51,878 nt of DNA from an uncultured bacterium (GTDB lineage Bacteria > Patescibacteriota > Minisyncoccia > Phycocordibacterales > CAIZLB01): the NCBI GenBank assembly GCA_903848795.1, contig CAINHC010000037.1, positions 1 through 51,878 of the forward strand. Direction: 5' to 3'. Positions 39,296-48,491 of this stretch are shown one piece after another. The notes beneath the pieces were generated by a model. The model was given only the letters and a program-made list of their open reading frames with translations. It was not told the origin of the DNA and made no database searches. The stretch's first letter is position 1. Each line of letters starts with the position of its first letter. A program made the translations under genes and the position numbers.

Positions 39296-40579
39296 TTATT
39301 TGGTAATTGGACTAAGTGATGTGCCAGCTCCTCTCAGTGTGTCTATAACACCGATCGGACGCCCTGTTGGGGAAGGAGAACATGCCACCCCTACATATAT
39401 AAGACAAACAGCTGGACCTCTGATATATCCACCCATTATGTTTTGTCCAATTGTAGGATTGAAATTCATTTTTAAAGTTGAAACACCTGGTTGAAATATG
39501 ACACTAATAGGTATTTTTAAAACAAGATCAAGAAGATTTATCATATAGTTTCCACTACATGGGCATGGGGTATTCAACGTGATTCTTCCACCGAATTGTG
39601 ATATCACAGCCTGACTTGCTGTTTTAGCCGCACCTTCAGCTGCCACATTTCCTCCCGCTGCTACACTCCCCCCAACAGCTCCAGCTGCAACTGCCGTTCC
39701 GCTGTTAAGAAGGGCAGCACCTCCAAGTATTGCAACCATTCCTATTATTCCAGAAGATGAATTGCTACTGCTAACCGTGCCTGCGGTATTCGATGATGGA
39801 GAAGATGTGCTTGTTTGACCTGTTATGTAGGCAGATGATGTATAATCTGAAGAAGTGCCATAATCTGTAAAAGTTGGCATTGATCCACTTGTGCCAGCAT
39901 AAGAAAAATTTACAAAATTATTATTGTAGCTAGTGGCGTTTGTATTATTGTTTGTGTAGTTGAAGTTATCTAAATTATTTGTGGATGTACTGTTTGCAAA
40001 ACTATAAAACACTCTTGATTGAGCAAGTAACCAATTTAGTTTTTTTATTGTACCCATTCCAACTATTCCTGTGGCATTTTTGATACCTTGTGGGTCTAAA
40101 ATTTCAGATCTATATACTATTTGAAATTTTTTCACAGCAGCTTCTGTTAATGGACCATAGGCTGATGTTAGATCGGTCAATGCCATGTTGGGATTGTCAG
40201 TTAGGGCTGTTCTGGCGTCTGAGTTCAAAATCCATTTTAGGTTTTGGACATCAGGAGAAACGGAATTCCCCTTTTTTAGGTTTTTTGTAAATGAAAAAAA
40301 AGCTGGCAACTGATCTATTCTGTTTATAAATTTTTTTGTTTCGATATTCATGCCATTATATATTTCTTGTGGTGATACGTTTTGGGATTGAGATAGATTG
40401 CTTGTTGCTGATGTTGTTGTCGATGGTGATAGCGTTGTATCTACTGAGGATTGTGCGCTTACTGTTGAGTATGAAAAACTAATAATTAGGACAGCAATTA
40501 TTATTGAAAATGACGAGAAGGACATTAATGGATGCAGGTACTGAAATAAAAAATTTTTATTACGGAAATTCGTATTCAT
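39296..40579 (-). CDS. Secreted protein with peptidoglycan-binding domain, S/T/N-rich linker and Cys-containing C-terminal domain
   Basis: Signal-like segment, LKKG..DVQNLKWILN..YGPLTEAAVKKFQ..GIVG, C-terminal FGG..CPCS..C..C. Confidence 0.72.
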   Translation of the reverse strand: MNTNFRNKNFLFQYLHPLMSFSSFSIIIAVLIISFSYSTVSAQSSVDTTLSPSTTTSATSNLSQSQNVSPQEIYNGMNIETKKFINRIDQLPAFFSFTKNLKKGNSVSPDVQNLKWILNSDARTALTDNPNMALTDLTSAYGPLTEAAVKKFQIVYRSEILDPQGIKNATGIVGMGTIKKLNWLLAQSRVFYSFANSTSTNNLDNFNYTNNNTNATSYNNNFVNFSYAGTSGSMPTFTDYGTSSDYTSSAYITGQTSTSSPSSNTAGTVSSSNSSSGIIGMVAILGGAALLNSGTAVAAGAVGGSVAAGGNVAAEGAAKTASQAVISQFGGRITLNTPCPCSGNYMINLLDLVLKIPISVIFQPGVSTLKMNFNPTIGQNIMGGYIRGPAVCLIYVGVACSPSPTGRPIGVIDTLRGAGTSLSPITK

Positions 40580-40652
40580 AAAAAAATTATAGCATCCATT
40601 GGATGATTTTGCTAAATCGACCAAATGACGATTTTGGAGAATCGCACTTGAT

Positions 40653-41417
40653 CTAGATTATCTTGGAAAGAATCGACTTCGAGCTTGTTCCACTTGTGCT
40701 TGTCGCTTTAGCTTTGCTAGATTTCTCATCATCCGCTCGTTTCTTGTCTATCTCTTTGAGTTCAGGAATTAATTTCTTCAAATCGTCATATGTTCTGAAA
40801 CCTGTGATTGCTTGATCGTCAACAATAACTGCTGGTAATTTTGTTTCTGAAATTTTATTAACCTCTCTTAGGGTGTTTAACGCAGAAAGCTTGAGGTTCG
40901 TATCAAAAGAATAAATTCTAACTTCAGGATATGATTCTCGTAGTTTTGTAAGAACAAGTCCCATATTTACACATTGGGGACAAACATCTTCATTGCCATA
41001 GAAGTATAGAATTGAAATTGGTTTAAATTGGCACTTAACAGCGAGTCTCTGCATTAGGATATAGTCCTTGATCTGAAGTAGGGAATAGTACTTTTTTAGA
41101 TATATTAGTTCTGGGCTAGCGGCACTTTGCTTATTAGCTTCCATGTATGAGAGTTTTGTGGCCAATGAATTGATTTCTTGGGATAAAATGGTTCCATCTA
41201 CGTTTTTGCAAGAAACTTCTCCCAGAAGGTCAAATTGGGTCTCTGAGGATAGTATATCGAGAGAAATCTGGTCTTGAACCCCCTTGATGTCCGCTTCTTT
41301 TTTAGAACTTAACAGGTTGTTTACTTCAAATGCAGCTCCAAATATTAGGGCTGTAATAAAGAATGAGATTATGTATGTTTTCCAGTCAATTGGGGTGCGA
41401 ATTGGTTTTTCGTTCAT
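40653..41417 (-). CDS. Membrane-anchored protein with thioredoxin-like CxxC domain
   Basis: N-terminal TM, ILYFY..CPQC, LPAVIV. Confidence 0.65.
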   Translation of the reverse strand: MNEKPIRTPIDWKTYIISFFITALIFGAAFEVNNLLSSKKEADIKGVQDQISLDILSSETQFDLLGEVSCKNVDGTILSQEINSLATKLSYMEANKQSAASPELIYLKKYYSLLQIKDYILMQRLAVKCQFKPISILYFYGNEDVCPQCVNMGLVLTKLRESYPEVRIYSFDTNLKLSALNTLREVNKISETKLPAVIVDDQAITGFRTYDDLKKLIPELKEIDKKRADDEKSSKAKATSTSGTSSKSILSKII

Positions 41418-41460
41418 ATATATAGTGTTTTTGTGTTGTTGTTTGATTATTATACTAAAA

Positions 41461-42723
41461 TTATCGCCAAGATGCATCTTTTCTTCTGAGCGTGTTGTAG
41501 ACTGATGTGAGTAGCCAAAGTGGTGAGATTATGGAATATAGAGTGATAAAATAGACAATGTCGATCATCTTGTTATCCTTTACTCCAGTTAGTTTTTTAC
41601 CATACCAGATAGAGAAGATTACAAGTGATAATGTAACTAACCCAATAAACATTGGTGCCTGAATATTATATAGCCACCAGTCAAAAGTGAATGCATTAAA
41701 ATCAAAACTCCAACCGATTAGTTGTATCTTTTTGTAAGTGTTAATTATGTTGTATATCGCTTTGATTAGAGTGAAGCCTAAGAAGAAAATTGTCACAATG
41801 ATTGAATACATTGCGATTGGAAGTATCAGCATTCCAAGATTTCCGTATTTTGGATTCAGAATCATTCTTCTATAATCTATGGCGTTTTGAATAAAGCCTC
41901 CGGTCCACCTAACTCTTTGTTTATATAGTCTATAAAGTGTTCTTGGTCCAACGGTGTAGACAACGGCTTTGTGAGCATTGACGATTTTGAAATGATTCTC
42001 TTGCAGGCGCAGAGCCATTTCCAAGTCTTCGGTGTTGTGAGCGTGTTTATAATTTCCAACCTTAGAAAACACTTCTTTTCTGAATATTGAAAAAGGTCCA
42101 GGAGTTACGTACTGGGCATCAAGGAATCCTAAAATCTTTCTGGTGAATACTCCCATATTATATTCTGCGCTTTGCATAAGGCCTAGTACGTTGTCAGGAT
42201 TTTGGATTTTTAGAGATGGAGTGACAGCTCCAACGCTTTTGTCCGCAAAATATGGAATGATGTGGAGTAGGGCATCAGCGTCAACTTCAGAATCGGCATC
42301 TAAACAGCCAATCATCTCTGTAGAACAGTTTGCAATACCATAATTAAGCGCAGTGTATTTTCCACCGTTTTCTTTTTGATGCAAAAGTATTTGTGGGTGA
42401 TTATTATATTTTTTTACAATCTCCCAAGTGTTGTCCTTTGACCCATCATCAACGATCATTATTTTTAGCTTTTCTACAGGATAATTTAATTTGAGTAGAG
42501 ACTGAATTGTTTTGTCTACTGTATTTTGTTCATTGAATACAGGAACAAGAATAGTCACAGATGGATAGTCCGTGTTAGTGGCTTCTGTGTCATTGTGGTT
42601 GAGAAGGGCTTTTTCACCTCTGATCTTCTTTGTGTTTTCAATCAATGTCACCATCAAGAAAACGCTAAAGAAAACTATAAGAAAAAGGGAGCTGTAATTG
42701 AAAAGTACAATGATATATTGCAT
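41461..42723 (-). CDS. Processive-type GT2 membrane glycosyltransferase (PgaC/IcaA/cellulose synthase-like)
   Basis: VPVFNE, DDGS, GGKYTALN, LDAD, TED, QRVRW. Confidence 0.9.
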   Translation of the reverse strand: MQYIIVLFNYSSLFLIVFFSVFLMVTLIENTKKIRGEKALLNHNDTEATNTDYPSVTILVPVFNEQNTVDKTIQSLLKLNYPVEKLKIMIVDDGSKDNTWEIVKKYNNHPQILLHQKENGGKYTALNYGIANCSTEMIGCLDADSEVDADALLHIIPYFADKSVGAVTPSLKIQNPDNVLGLMQSAEYNMGVFTRKILGFLDAQYVTPGPFSIFRKEVFSKVGNYKHAHNTEDLEMALRLQENHFKIVNAHKAVVYTVGPRTLYRLYKQRVRWTGGFIQNAIDYRRMILNPKYGNLGMLILPIAMYSIIVTIFFLGFTLIKAIYNIINTYKKIQLIGWSFDFNAFTFDWWLYNIQAPMFIGLVTLSLVIFSIWYGKKLTGVKDNKMIDIVYFITLYSIISPLWLLTSVYNTLRRKDASWR

Positions 42724-42878
42724 AAATATGGGTTTTTTGGTGTGTGATGGGGCGCTTTGCGCCACGCCATGTAGGCTAAAACCAGCCTTAATCAAAAGGT
42801 TTGGCTTTTGCCATCTTTTGTTCTATATAGTATAGCCGATTTAACGTTTTTTTCAATATGATATATACTAAGAAAACT

Positions 42879-43634
42879 ATGACAGATGAAAATACAAAGG
42901 GGGATTCAGTCGGGGGTGATAGTAGATTGATTGGGGCCGAGATCGGTCATCTTCACCCTATGACACAGACAGTCAATGAGATTGTGAAGATTTTTTCGGA
43001 GATTGGATTTCAGGTTGCTGAAGGTCCTGAAATTGAGACGGAGTTTAATAATTTTGACGCACTTAATGTTCCCAAAGATCACACTTCTCGTGATATGCAA
43101 GATACTTTTTGGTTGAAGGATGCAGGGCCTGAAGGGGAGCGGATGCTACCTCGTACTCACACCTCTCCTGTGCAAATTAGATTCATGCAATCTCATAAAC
43201 CGCCATTTAGAATTATCGCACCTGGAAAGGTATATAGAAATGAATCAACTGATGCTACTCATGAGGCAGAATTTTTTCAAGTCGAAGGAATGTATATTGA
43301 TAAAAATGTTTCTCTCGCAAATTTGAAATTTGTCCTAGAATCTTTTATTAAAAAGTATTTTGGAGAAGAAACTGAAATGCGATTTAGACCATCATATTTT
43401 CCCTTTGTTGAACCTGGGTTTGAAATTGATATTAGGTGGAAGGATAGATGGTTGGAGGTGTGTGGAGCAGGCCTTGTCAGACCTGAAGTGATGCGCACTG
43501 GAGGAATTGATCCTGAGGAGTGGCAGGGATTTGCTTTTGGAATAGGACCAGACAGAATGGTTATGCTTAAATATGGAATTGATGATATTAGAAATATGTA
43601 TTCTGGAGATTTAAGATTTGTTAATCAGTTCTAA
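42879..43634 (+). CDS. pheS: Phenylalanine-tRNA ligase alpha subunit (N-terminally truncated)
   Basis: GHLHP, NFDALN, RTHTSPVQ, FRPSYFPFVEP, GFAFGIG. Confidence 0.96.
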   Translation: MTDENTKGDSVGGDSRLIGAEIGHLHPMTQTVNEIVKIFSEIGFQVAEGPEIETEFNNFDALNVPKDHTSRDMQDTFWLKDAGPEGERMLPRTHTSPVQIRFMQSHKPPFRIIAPGKVYRNESTDATHEAEFFQVEGMYIDKNVSLANLKFVLESFIKKYFGEETEMRFRPSYFPFVEPGFEIDIRWKDRWLEVCGAGLVRPEVMRTGGIDPEEWQGFAFGIGPDRMVMLKYGIDDIRNMYSGDLRFVNQF

Positions 43635-43690
43635 GGGGTCAGGCGATTTTTAAGCGTAAAAATCGTGCCAAAATCAGCAGATTTTGGCCA
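43635..43690. repeat. Tandem hairpins preceded by GGGGTCAGGC in the pheS-pheT spacer
   Basis: CGATTTTT-aagcgt-AAAAATCG and GCCAAAATC-agca-GATTTTGGC. Confidence 0.6.
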
Positions 43691-43727
43691 TGAATAAAAA
43701 AATAATTATAAAAATAAAAATACTAAA

Positions 43728-45788
43728 ATGCTTATCTCACAAAATTGGTTAAAGAAATATTTTACAGACGGCGCCGAGCCGCGGACTTTACCCGATGCGA
43801 AGACAATAGAGAACACCTTCACAATGGGTATTTTTGAAGTTGAAGGAGTTGAGAAGGTTATTACTGGAACAGAGAATGTAGCCGATACTGTTTTTGATAT
43901 TAAGGTTCTACCTGACCGAGCCCATTATTGTTATTCACATAGATATGTTGCGCAAGAGTTGGGTGCGCTATTAAATATTCCAGCCACTCTTCCTGTTTAT
44001 GATACAGCAAAAATAGCATCACAAATTGATGGCAGTCTTGTGGTTAATGTAAATGTTGTGGAAGAAAAAGTTGGTGAAGAGAAAAATAGATTTGTTTGTC
44101 CAAGGTATATGGCAAGACGAGTCGAAGGGGTAGAGGCTACAGCTTCACCTTTATGGCTGAAAACCGCACTAGAGGCATTGGGTCAAAGATCAATTAATGT
44201 CCTAGTTGATTTAACTAACTATATAATGCTAGAAACTGGCCAGCCACTTCACGCTTTTGATGCTGATAAGGTGGAGGGGGATATTAATGTTCGATATGCA
44301 AAAGATGGGGAAATAATAGTACTCTTGGATGGAACTGAAGTTGCACTTTCTTCCGATATTCTAGTTATTGCCGATTCGAAAGATGCTCTAGCGATTGCAG
44401 GAGTTAAGGGTGGAAAAAAAGCTGAAGTTACGGCAGAGACCAAGAAAATTATTATCGAATCCGCCAACTTTGATAGTGTTTCAGTTAGAAAAACTTCACA
44501 AAAGGTTGGAATAAAAAATGAATCGTCGAAGAGATACGAGAATAAGGTGACTCCTGAGAGAACGCAACTTGCGATGAATGCGATTTCTGAATTTATCGCA
44601 ACAATATTTCCTTCTGCAAAATTTGGAAATGTTACTGATGTTTATCTTGGTAAGCCGGAGGCTAAGCAATTTGATGTGTCAGTTAAATTTATAAATGATG
44701 TAATCGGGTTGAAGGAGAGAATTGGCGCTGATAAAATAATTGATATACTTCTAAGATGCGATATTAAAGCGGAGGCTACCTCGGATGACAATCTAACAAT
44801 TCACGTTCCAGAGTATAGATTGGATCTTGAAATTGGATATGACATAGTTGATGAAGTTGGACGTATTCTAAACTACATGAATCTTGTGCCAGTCGAATTG
44901 CCAAAAGAAGATAACCGCCCAGTACTTAAGAACTTTTACTACATGAACGCATTGCGTAAGGTTTTTCAAGGTGCTGGATTTTCTGAGGTTTACACTCATT
45001 CATTAAAAGAGAATGGCGATGTTGAAATTTTAAATCCCCTAAACATTGAAAGAGGATTCATGAGAAATACTATTGGTGAGGGATTAATAAAAAATCTAGA
45101 ACATAATCTTCGATATGTAGATTTGCTTGGTCTTGATGCTGTTAAGATATATGAGGTGGGTACAATCTTTGGTGGTAAAGTTGAGAGACCATCCTTGGCA
45201 TTTGGAATTGCAAATGCAAAGAAAGTTAAGGGATATAATTTTGAAGCAGAAGCGGAGAAGATTTTCAATCAAATTTTGAGTAGTGAGTACTTTGCTGGCA
45301 CGGCGAGTGGAACATCACTTGATTTGAATTTACTAAAATCATCTGCAAAATTTACTGAGTCAAATATTGGAACAGGTGGAGTAAACGTTGTTGGTAATGT
45401 TTGTGAAATAGAACTTCAAAAAATAATTGATGTACTACCTGATCCAAAAAGTGACATCTATTTTGAAACTCCAAAATTAATTAAATATAAAAAGTATTCT
45501 CAGTATCCATTCATGGTTAGAGATATCTCAGTGTTCGTTCCTGGGGAGGCGACGGAAGTGGAAGCTGTTAAGTCTATAATTACTAAACACGGAACGAATT
45601 TGTTAAATAGCGTAAGATTGTTTGATGTTTATACAAAAAATAAAGAAGGCGAGCCTGTTAAAACTTCTTATGCGCTAAGGCTTGTATTCCAATCGAATGA
45701 GAGAACTCTTACAGATGATGAAGTGATTCAAATAATGCAAAATATAACTGCTGAGATGAATGGTATGGAGGGATGGGAGGTGAGGTAG
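43728..45788 (+). CDS. pheT: Phenylalanine-tRNA ligase beta subunit (lacking the B2 OB-fold insert)
   Basis: SQNWL, PDRAH, VDLTNYIMLETGQPLHAFD, IIESANF, YRLDL..DEVGR, FDX-ACB domain RDISV..LFDVY..RTLTD. Confidence 0.95.
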   Translation: MLISQNWLKKYFTDGAEPRTLPDAKTIENTFTMGIFEVEGVEKVITGTENVADTVFDIKVLPDRAHYCYSHRYVAQELGALLNIPATLPVYDTAKIASQIDGSLVVNVNVVEEKVGEEKNRFVCPRYMARRVEGVEATASPLWLKTALEALGQRSINVLVDLTNYIMLETGQPLHAFDADKVEGDINVRYAKDGEIIVLLDGTEVALSSDILVIADSKDALAIAGVKGGKKAEVTAETKKIIIESANFDSVSVRKTSQKVGIKNESSKRYENKVTPERTQLAMNAISEFIATIFPSAKFGNVTDVYLGKPEAKQFDVSVKFINDVIGLKERIGADKIIDILLRCDIKAEATSDDNLTIHVPEYRLDLEIGYDIVDEVGRILNYMNLVPVELPKEDNRPVLKNFYYMNALRKVFQGAGFSEVYTHSLKENGDVEILNPLNIERGFMRNTIGEGLIKNLEHNLRYVDLLGLDAVKIYEVGTIFGGKVERPSLAFGIANAKKVKGYNFEAEAEKIFNQILSSEYFAGTASGTSLDLNLLKSSAKFTESNIGTGGVNVVGNVCEIELQKIIDVLPDPKSDIYFETPKLIKYKKYSQYPFMVRDISVFVPGEATEVEAVKSIITKHGTNLLNSVRLFDVYTKNKEGEPVKTSYALRLVFQSNERTLTDDEVIQIMQNITAEMNGMEGWEVR

Positions 45789-45931
45789 TAGTTTTACTCT
45801 TTAAGTATTAATTTTGGGGTTTTTAGGATTAATCATGAAAATAGGGTTTTGCAATCCTTGTATTTGTACAAAAATAAGGATTGGCAAATCATATATTTGG
45901 GTATTATTTCTATATTTGATATAATCAATAT

Positions 45932-48424
45932 ATGAAATTTAATAATGAAAGCATCCCTGCTGATGCTAATCAAAATCCAAATGAAGACTTAAACCTCCAT
46001 GCCCTTTCTCGTGAGAGAAGTGAACTTAGAAAAGCCTTGCAGGGTCTTGGGGTTAATCCAGTAAAATCAGAACATATTAAGACTGGAAAGAATGAAGAAT
46101 CTTTAATATATACAGAAGGTATTGAAGAAGTTAATCAAAAAATTGGAGATTTTAGTATAGAAAAAGCTGGAGGAATGTCAAAAGCAAAAGAACTTGTGAG
46201 ACAAGACAAAGAAGTTGCTCCTCAGAAAGGTTTTGTAAATGAAATTGCAATAGTGAAAGAAATGGGTCCTATCTATGAAGAAATTGCTGATTCATTTGAG
46301 CAGGTCGAACAATCTAATTTGGTTATTAATAAAAATATTCAACAGATTTCTTTAGAAGAAGACCCATATAAAAGAATGGTCCTAGAAAGAGTTGTAAAAA
46401 AGTTTATAGTTAAAAGAGATGCTTATCAGGAAATATATCAATTAGCTGTTACAAGAGATCCAAAAATTGCCAGAGCGCACACGCTTATAGAATACAAGAA
46501 AGGGCTACATTCAGAAGGTCACATTGCAATGACTCCAAGTGTTGCTAAATACGTTGAAGAAATAGAAAAGAAAATGCGTACCGGAGATCCAATGTTTCTC
46601 CATGGTCCAACTGGTACTGGTAAAACATCTATTGCAAGGCTTGCTGCGGAAGAATTAACCGGAAAAACTGCTGAGATGGTTTACTGTAATCAACAAACAC
46701 GCGAGTCAAATATCTGGGGTAAGACAGGTGTTAAAGGAGACGGCAAAGGAGGGTCTGAGACTTTTGATATATTGGGTCCACTTGCAAGGGCTATAAAAGA
46801 AGGTAAACCAATTATTTTTGATGAATTTAACTCACTTGAAGAGGATCAAATGAGGATCATTAAAGGAGTTTTTGGTTATAAACCAGGAGATGAAGTGCCA
46901 ATCACGGGAAATGGTAAGATAAAAATGGCACAAGGTTTTCAAATAATCTGTACAGCCAATCTTAAATCTGAAAAACATACAGATAGAAGAGATCTACCAG
47001 ATGAAATTAAAAGAGAGTTTGAGCAAAACAATATAGAGGTTAATTATAATCCAAAACATGAAAGTTTTGATATTATGCTTGCCCGACTTATGAATCAAGA
47101 TGGGTCCATTGACCTTTCTTGGCACGATATGAACGTAACTCTCCCAAAATTTTCTGAGGCAATTGAGAGTGTTCAGCAAGCCTATTCTGGAAATTTAAGT
47201 GATGACGAGGCAAAATCAATTGGTGTGATGAATGCTTCAAATGCAAAATCAGAGCTTAAGGGTTTTGTTATGACACAAGGCTCTGTTGAATCAATATTAG
47301 ATCAGTGGAAAATTGAGACAAAAATTGGTAAAGGTAGTAAAACTTTTGCAGAATTTATTGATGAAAGATTAAAAACAGCGTTGACTTTTAAAACATACAG
47401 TCAAGAAGACAGAGTCTTGTCAGCAAAAATATTTGCACTCAAGGGATTTTTAAAAACTGTAACACCAGAAGAAATGTCTCTACCAAAAGATATTTTTAAT
47501 GGAGTTAAAATAAAAGCCGAAAGAGGTGGAGAAGATGAAATTGAAGAATTAAAAGAAAAATCTTCAAAGGTTGTACATATTACTTTGTCTGAAATTGCAG
47601 AACTAGATCCTTTTGCTGTCCGTCCAAATAAAATTGATCCACTAGAAGATTTTTCTGCGGGACATGAGTCAGACGGGGATGACTTTTCAAAGTCATTAGA
47701 AAAAAGATTGGCCAAGATTAGAAAAGGGAAGGAAAAACATGGTAATTCAATATCCACAGAGTATACTCGCACAAATCCAGAAACCAACGCCGTAGAACAC
47801 CAAGAATCCATAACTATAAACATAGAGGAAAAACTTCAAGAATTTATAACACTATATCAAGAAACAAACATAGATACACCGCCAGACTTTGAAGATCAAA
47901 TTAGAGATATTTGGTTAAAGAATAATACTGAAATACAGGAAGCTATTGAGGAAAAAGGTTTTGATGATATCATTATAGCTCCTGCCAATATTCCACTCCC
48001 TGCACTTGCAGAAAAAATGAAGGTGGGCAATGACTACTGGTTAGGAGATGGCTTCAAAAATGGCGGAGGCTTTGCAGGAGCAAATAGTGTGGGCACAGAT
48101 AAGCCACGTATAATTCTTATTCACAAGACTCAAAATTTAGGAGAAAGACCAGAACTTGCTTCAACACGTGGAGTCAAAGCAAAAGACATAAACATAGAAG
48201 AATCACTATCATTGGATGATTACATAATATTTCAAAAACAATATTTTAAAGAAAATGGAAAACACCTTGATGAAAATGGGTGGACATGGACACCTCGTAC
48301 TAAATCTGGCGACCGTTTTGTCTACTCCGGCTGGGGCTCCGATGGCGAGCTGCATGTCGTCGCCAGTGGTGCCGGCGGTTCCAGCTCCCACTTGGGCGTT
48401 CGTCCCTCCCGCTATTTTTATTAA
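45932..48424 (+). CDS. MoxR/AAA_5-type ATPase with C-terminal putative DGR-diversified (CLec-like) domain
   Basis: Walker A GPTGTGKT, Walker B IIFDE, CTAN; C-terminus WTW...LGVRPSRYFY carrying a variable-region cassette. Confidence 0.85.
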   Translation: MKFNNESIPADANQNPNEDLNLHALSRERSELRKALQGLGVNPVKSEHIKTGKNEESLIYTEGIEEVNQKIGDFSIEKAGGMSKAKELVRQDKEVAPQKGFVNEIAIVKEMGPIYEEIADSFEQVEQSNLVINKNIQQISLEEDPYKRMVLERVVKKFIVKRDAYQEIYQLAVTRDPKIARAHTLIEYKKGLHSEGHIAMTPSVAKYVEEIEKKMRTGDPMFLHGPTGTGKTSIARLAAEELTGKTAEMVYCNQQTRESNIWGKTGVKGDGKGGSETFDILGPLARAIKEGKPIIFDEFNSLEEDQMRIIKGVFGYKPGDEVPITGNGKIKMAQGFQIICTANLKSEKHTDRRDLPDEIKREFEQNNIEVNYNPKHESFDIMLARLMNQDGSIDLSWHDMNVTLPKFSEAIESVQQAYSGNLSDDEAKSIGVMNASNAKSELKGFVMTQGSVESILDQWKIETKIGKGSKTFAEFIDERLKTALTFKTYSQEDRVLSAKIFALKGFLKTVTPEEMSLPKDIFNGVKIKAERGGEDEIEELKEKSSKVVHITLSEIAELDPFAVRPNKIDPLEDFSAGHESDGDDFSKSLEKRLAKIRKGKEKHGNSISTEYTRTNPETNAVEHQESITINIEEKLQEFITLYQETNIDTPPDFEDQIRDIWLKNNTEIQEAIEEKGFDDIIIAPANIPLPALAEKMKVGNDYWLGDGFKNGGGFAGANSVGTDKPRIILIHKTQNLGERPELASTRGVKAKDINIEESLSLDDYIIFQKQYFKENGKHLDENGWTWTPRTKSGDRFVYSGWGSDGELHVVASGAGGSSSHLGVRPSRYFY
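47793..47915 (+). repeat. 123-bp direct repeat, copy 1 (start of the shared C-terminal domain)
   Basis: 6 mismatches versus 51054-51176. Confidence 0.9.
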
Positions 48425-48475
48425 TAATAGGTAGCTTGTAGCTTGAGGATTGTATCTTTTTTTGAATTTTGTATT
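48305..48475 (+). repeat. Putative DGR variable region VR1 plus conserved 3' flank
   Basis: 171-bp direct repeat with 51602-51772; 17 coding differences all at codon positions 1/2. Confidence 0.88.
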
Positions 48476-48491
48476 AAATTAACTTTGTATT

